From NCBI GenBank assembly GCA_048886185.1, contig JBHLKY010000006.1, positions 60,001 to 92,000 of the forward strand: DNA of 32,000 bases. The letters run 5' to 3'. This stretch comes from Candidatus Hermodarchaeota archaeon. Lineage in GTDB: Archaea; Asgardarchaeota; Heimdallarchaeia; Hodarchaeales; Hodarchaeaceae. The first letter of the stretch is position 1, and the number at the start of each line of letters is the position of its first letter. This document shows, piece by piece, positions 27,720 through 32,000 of the stretch. The notes under the pieces were generated by a model. That model was not told where the DNA came from. It saw only the letters and a program-made list of their open reading frames with translations, and did not search any database. The position numbers were made by a program, and so were the translations under genes.

Positions 27720-28676
27720 TCAGTCTTCATTAGCTTCAGATGACCGAGTTGGTTTATAAATGTCCAAAGGCCATTGCTTTTTCATTAATTTTAAAAGCAC
27801 TCGCGAATCAAACTGTTCAATCTCAATTGATGCCGAAGCTGTTTTCATTAATCTTTCAGCAATTAGTTTAGCTCGTACAACAGAATCAGAATACCCAATT
27901 ATAAGGCCAATTACTAAAGGATGGTTCTTTACAATAACTAGTTGAAGATCGGAAGCTGTAATAACTTCCATTCCAGCTGGATTCAGAGAAAGTTCTTTTA
28001 CTGTTTCACTTATCCCCATATTAAGCTGATCTAAGATTTCCTTTGCAATATTAGTAAATTTTGTCGTGTATATCTGGTGTGACTCCAGATCTATCAGAAT
28101 CGCCACTCGTACTTTACTCTTAAATGTAGATTCTTCTCCTACGAGAACATCAGCTATCCAATCAAAAGCATCATAGAAATTTTCTCCCGTTTTTGCGGAG
28201 ATACGAAAAAGACCTACTGGTCTAGCAGATCTTTGCGCACGTGTCAGATCGAGATCTTGGATTATCAGGTCAAATGCTCGAGCCCCAGGCAAGTCTATTT
28301 TGTTTGCGATAAAGAGGACAGGAACTTTCTCATTTCGCTGAATTGAATCCCAAAAAGCCGTGGACGCTTCTGAAAGACGGAGATCAGCACTATCAAGAAC
28401 GAAAACGATCGCTGAAGCTTTTTCTATAGAATCATACCAAAGAAGGTTACGATAAATCTCTTGTCCCCCAAGATCTACTAAATTGAACTCAATTTGACGA
28501 TATTTTACAGTTCGGTAGTTCACACCTAAAGTTCGTGTTGTAGGCACAAATTCTGATCTTAATAATCGATTGACAATCGTTGTTTTTCCAGCACCGTCGA
28601 GACCGATAATAGTAATTTCGTATTTATCGGCTTTTTTTCCTTTGAAAATTCTTCGTAATATACTCGACACTGACAT
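27720..28676 (-). CDS. Arf-type small GTPase fused to a C-terminal longin/roadblock-like domain
   Basis: N-terminal amphipathic helix MSVSSILRRIF, G1 GLDGAGKTT, G2 TLG, G3 DLGGQ, G4 NKID, G5 SAK; extra ~130 aa with a beta-beta-alpha-beta-beta-beta-alpha-alpha pattern. Confidence 0.92.
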   Translation of the reverse strand: MSVSSILRRIFKGKKADKYEITIIGLDGAGKTTIVNRLLRSEFVPTTRTLGVNYRTVKYRQIEFNLVDLGGQEIYRNLLWYDSIEKASAIVFVLDSADLRLSEASTAFWDSIQRNEKVPVLFIANKIDLPGARAFDLIIQDLDLTRAQRSARPVGLFRISAKTGENFYDAFDWIADVLVGEESTFKSKVRVAILIDLESHQIYTTKFTNIAKEILDQLNMGISETVKELSLNPAGMEVITASDLQLVIVKNHPLVIGLIIGYSDSVVRAKLIAERLMKTASASIEIEQFDSRVLLKLMKKQWPLDIYKPTRSSEANED

Positions 28677-29090
28677 TCACCGATTATTATAGATCAGTCA
28701 TTGTTTCTAAGAATAATTAATGAGTTTGCTGTAAATAGCATTTCCGTTTGCACTCAAAAGGTTTTACAAATCCCATTTATGGTAACTACTAGATTAATTT
28801 TTTGTTTTTAAAAGGAAAAAGACAAGGAATCTTAAGTCACTTAATAAAGAACCCATGTGGCTCAATGTTTTGAGTGTCTCATTAAAAGTTACTTTTCCAT
28901 TATTATTTCATTCTAGAGACTCTTAAATATGTTGTATCCTGAAAAATTCTTTAATTTCTCAGAACTACTCTTTACAGCTTTATTGCAATCTTCCTTAGGA
29001 ATAGGAAAATTAACAAAAATACGTTTTAAGGCAATACTAGAAATATTAAGGATTTTTATACTTGAATTAAAAGGTATTAGGCGATCTTAA

Positions 29091-30053
29091 ATGAAGAATT
29101 TTAGATTGAAAAAAAATTTTACAGAGACCCCAGAGTTTCGTGAGCTCAAAAATACTATGAAGGAAATTAAGAATTTAAGCATTCAAGGTGCTACAAATGT
29201 CGCTATTTTTGGGGTACAAGCTTTTGCAAATCATGCAAAAACTGTTCCATTGAAAGAAAAAGAACTATTTGAACATCTGGAAAGTATTGTTGACCAACTC
29301 AGTAGTGTAAGAGTGACAGAACCAGCATTGAGGAACGGATTACGATATGTTATGACAGGAATCCGTCTTGACGGAAAAGAAAAAGCTGATATTCATGGAA
29401 AAAAATATATTGACCTAATAAATGAAGCTAAATTGAAGATTTTTAAAACTGGTGCTGAACGAATCCAAGATGGTTCAATAGTTTTCACACACTGCCATTC
29501 ATCAATCACGGTTGGAATATTCCTAGAAGCTGCAAAACAGGGAAAAGATTTCGAAGTTATCAATACAGAGACACGACCATTATATCAAGGCCGAAAAACG
29601 GCTAGAAAGCTCTTAGAGAATAATATTCGCGTTACTCATATTGTGGACTCAGCAATGCGTTGGGCAATGAACGCTTTCAATCCACATATGATTTTTATGG
29701 GAGCTGATGCCATTACTGTAGAAGGAGTGGCTTTAAATAAGATTGGTTCTCGTTTATGTGCTCTTGCATCAGAAGAAGAACATATTCCTCTCTATATTTG
29801 TACTTCACTTTTGAAATATGATCAAGCTACCAGTATTGGTCGGCTTAGTGAAATCGAAATGCGAGCTCCATTTGAAATCTGGGATGATGATGTCCCACCA
29901 GGCATAAAAGTCTTAAATCCTGCATTTGAAACTATTGATCGAAATAACATCTCTGCTTACATCACAGAGGCCGGATTGGTTCCTCCTCAGACGGTTCACA
30001 TGACTTTTCAACGTCTTTATGGGAAAAAAATTCAATATTACCATGCTTTATAA
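29091..30053 (+). CDS. e2b2: Ribose-1,5-bisphosphate isomerase (eIF2B-like family)
   Basis: IQGATNVA, RVTEPALRN, THCHSS (catalytic Cys), TETRPLYQG, GADAIT (catalytic Asp), NKIGS. Confidence 0.88.
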   Translation: MKNFRLKKNFTETPEFRELKNTMKEIKNLSIQGATNVAIFGVQAFANHAKTVPLKEKELFEHLESIVDQLSSVRVTEPALRNGLRYVMTGIRLDGKEKADIHGKKYIDLINEAKLKIFKTGAERIQDGSIVFTHCHSSITVGIFLEAAKQGKDFEVINTETRPLYQGRKTARKLLENNIRVTHIVDSAMRWAMNAFNPHMIFMGADAITVEGVALNKIGSRLCALASEEEHIPLYICTSLLKYDQATSIGRLSEIEMRAPFEIWDDDVPPGIKVLNPAFETIDRNNISAYITEAGLVPPQTVHMTFQRLYGKKIQYYHAL

Positions 30054-30095
30054 TTCTTAAAGAAATTTCAGAATAGTGGTTCTTACAGGACTAAT

Positions 30096-30452
30096 TTAGC
30101 GTATATCAGGACCATCCCCTAGGTAGTATGCATCATCCTCAACAAATCCTATTCTTTCAAGTTCTTCTCTTATACTTTTTAGAATAAGAAGCTCTTCATT
30201 TTCATCGTCTTCATAGGGCCAAATTGTGAAACCAACGATTATTTCACAGTTATACGTTTCATCATCAAAGCTATCTAGTTCGATAGAAAAGGCTCGGGCT
30301 GTTCCAGCAAAGTCTTTCTCCAATGTCTCACTAACTTCGATCATGTTAGCATCAGCAATTTCAAAAGACATCTGTTCATCCCCCTCACGAAAAAGCCCAT
30401 TGAATACGTAATAGCGTGTAATTGCTGCGGTCAAAGACTCATGATAGCTCAC
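30096..30452 (-). CDS. Small acidic hypothetical protein
   Basis: 118-aa ORF, GTG start; 30 Asp/Glu versus 8 Lys/Arg by my count. Confidence 0.68.
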   Translation of the reverse strand: MSYHESLTAAITRYYVFNGLFREGDEQMSFEIADANMIEVSETLEKDFAGTARAFSIELDSFDDETYNCEIIVGFTIWPYEDDENEELLILKSIREELERIGFVEDDAYYLGDGPDIR

Positions 30453-30690
30453 AAGAATTCACACTCAAGGAATTCTTTTCCTTGTTTCTGTATATAAATT
30501 TCTCTGCAATTTAATCTAAAATAATTTTGACTATGAATGGTAAATACAAAAGGGCATTATCCATTATAAACTTGTTCTTCTCTATCAGCATTAAAACTAG
30601 GAAATAAGCCTATAGATTGGAAAAGCAACTCTTTCGTGACCAATGTACCATCTTGTTAAATAATATTAACATGCAATTGAAATCTTTGAT

Positions 30691-31959
30691 TCAGAAATAG
30701 GCATCTAATGTCTTTCGGTTCAAGATTGGACTTTTCTGAAAGTAATAACGCATAGGAATTGTTAAATTGTTAGCAATGAATTTTAGTGCTTTTTGTAAGT
30801 CACCAAAACGACGACATGGATTTTTAACCGCTTTACGCATATTTTCACGAACCTGCCATACACCCAATGGAATTGCATACCCTTTTCCTACTTCTCTAAA
30901 TGCCACGACTGCAGCTTTCCGTTTTAGCTGATCAAGTTTTTCCAATACAGCAAGTCTTGCAGCATAATATCCTCCAACAGTATTGATTGCATAGGTTGTT
31001 CGTCCATTAGGCCCTTCTGTATCGGTGCCAATAAATGGAGCTGAACCAGTCAAATTCCAAGCACTCTTTCTTTTCCAAGTTTCGTGGTAATCAAAATGCC
31101 ATTCACGTCTAGGAACAAATAAAATCCAAAAATCGTTATCTAAATATGAATTGTGAAACACGAGATAATCCTGAATTTCAGGATTATCCCGAATTTTCCT
31201 TCTGAGATAGTTCCCAGCCATATCGTCAACTGCGGTTATACTCCACCTTGTAGGGACTAATTTACGACTTTTAATTTCCCCTAATAGGCCAGCTGATAGA
31301 ATTCTTGCTATTTGAGTTACTGTTGTATCCACTTTATATAGTTCTGTAACTGCAGGGACAGTTCTTAAATCAGAATCGTTTGTGATGCGTTCTACTTGAT
31401 GACTTACTTTGGGTGTAGAAGCTAGTTGCATTGAATCGACTTTAATGCGAGCCCCCATAGGCTGGGTATAACGATCAAAATTTAAACTTAATTTGGGTTT
31501 TTTGGAGAATTTTACTTCCAATTCAACAGGAGTAAAAGATTGTATTTGCTCTTGTGTGATCTCAAGAATTCTCGATGGGGAAGTTGCTTCCGTTATATGA
31601 ATTGGTTCAGCGATGAACCGAAATAACTGAGCCCGAATGTTAACAACGTCTTCTAATGACATATTCGTTTGCCATAGGTCAGGTTCATCTATTGTATCAA
31701 TACCTTCCCAACTCAACGCTGCCATGGGACCCAATCTAACATTTGGATATCCGAACCTCCCAACAAAAATACTTGGAGGGCTAGGTCCATAGTATTCGTT
31801 TTTTAGTTTAGGTAAAATCTTTCTAACTGGTACTAAAGCTTTTGTTTTCAGAATTATAGGACAATAGGAGAGCCCGCACAAGAATTTACCCCCTTTACAT
31901 CGGAGACACAGCTCTTGTTTTGCAGGGACTCTAACCATAATTTTCTCAACACATATCAT
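30691..31959 (-). CDS. nreA: Nre-family DNA repair protein with C-terminal PIP box
   Basis: CxxCKG...LCGxxxCP, SPPSIFVGRFGYP, LVPTRWSITAVD, GGYYAARL, PLGVWQVRE, C-terminal RKTLDAYF; the true start may be ATG 31938. Confidence 0.93.
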   Translation of the reverse strand: MICVEKIMVRVPAKQELCLRCKGGKFLCGLSYCPIILKTKALVPVRKILPKLKNEYYGPSPPSIFVGRFGYPNVRLGPMAALSWEGIDTIDEPDLWQTNMSLEDVVNIRAQLFRFIAEPIHITEATSPSRILEITQEQIQSFTPVELEVKFSKKPKLSLNFDRYTQPMGARIKVDSMQLASTPKVSHQVERITNDSDLRTVPAVTELYKVDTTVTQIARILSAGLLGEIKSRKLVPTRWSITAVDDMAGNYLRRKIRDNPEIQDYLVFHNSYLDNDFWILFVPRREWHFDYHETWKRKSAWNLTGSAPFIGTDTEGPNGRTTYAINTVGGYYAARLAVLEKLDQLKRKAAVVAFREVGKGYAIPLGVWQVRENMRKAVKNPCRRFGDLQKALKFIANNLTIPMRYYFQKSPILNRKTLDAYF

Positions 31960-32000
31960 TATGTTTAAAGTGGTATTTATGCTTTTGATACCCAGCTTAT

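Noticed and set aside
29091-30053. eIF2B translation-factor subunit or methylthioribose-1-phosphate isomerase call
   Set aside because: The catalytic Cys (THCHS) and Asp (GADAI) plus IQGA/TEP motifs fit ribose-1,5-bisphosphate isomerase better.
27760-30411. ORFs 27760..27945 and 30226..30411
   Set aside because: Antisense to the Arf fusion and the acidic protein.

Overview
AT-rich archaeal chromosomal window, most likely from an Asgard archaeon (Heimdallarchaeia/Hodarchaeales-like). This is inferred from archaeal housekeeping genes (cdc48, nreA, ribose-1,5-bisphosphate isomerase, PAC2, DUF61) sitting with eukaryotic-signature proteins: an Arf-type GTPase fused to a longin/roadblock-like domain, a longin-wHTH protein, a membrane-anchored RING-like protein and a tubulin/FtsZ-superfamily GTPase. 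About 27 coding regions are supported. Two need correction relative to the ORF track: an M1 peptidase running off the left edge, and a frameshifted tandem receiver gene. I found no rRNA, tRNA, CRISPR array or recognisable mobile element. Two loci stand out. (1) At 18135-24170, a CetZ/tubulin-like GTPase is tightly linked to a 1175-aa all-helical protein with about 15 units of ~68 aa and to an orphan 360-aa protein, followed by a coiled-coil gene: a candidate cytoskeletal system. (2) At 4729-7584, a translationally coupled operon encodes two paralogous AAA+/winged-helix proteins (one an apparent pseudo-ATPase) and a degenerate Mrr-like nuclease-fold protein, next to a 1-kb intergenic region with palindromes and direct repeats. 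All family calls come from motif recognition by eye; no database searches were run.
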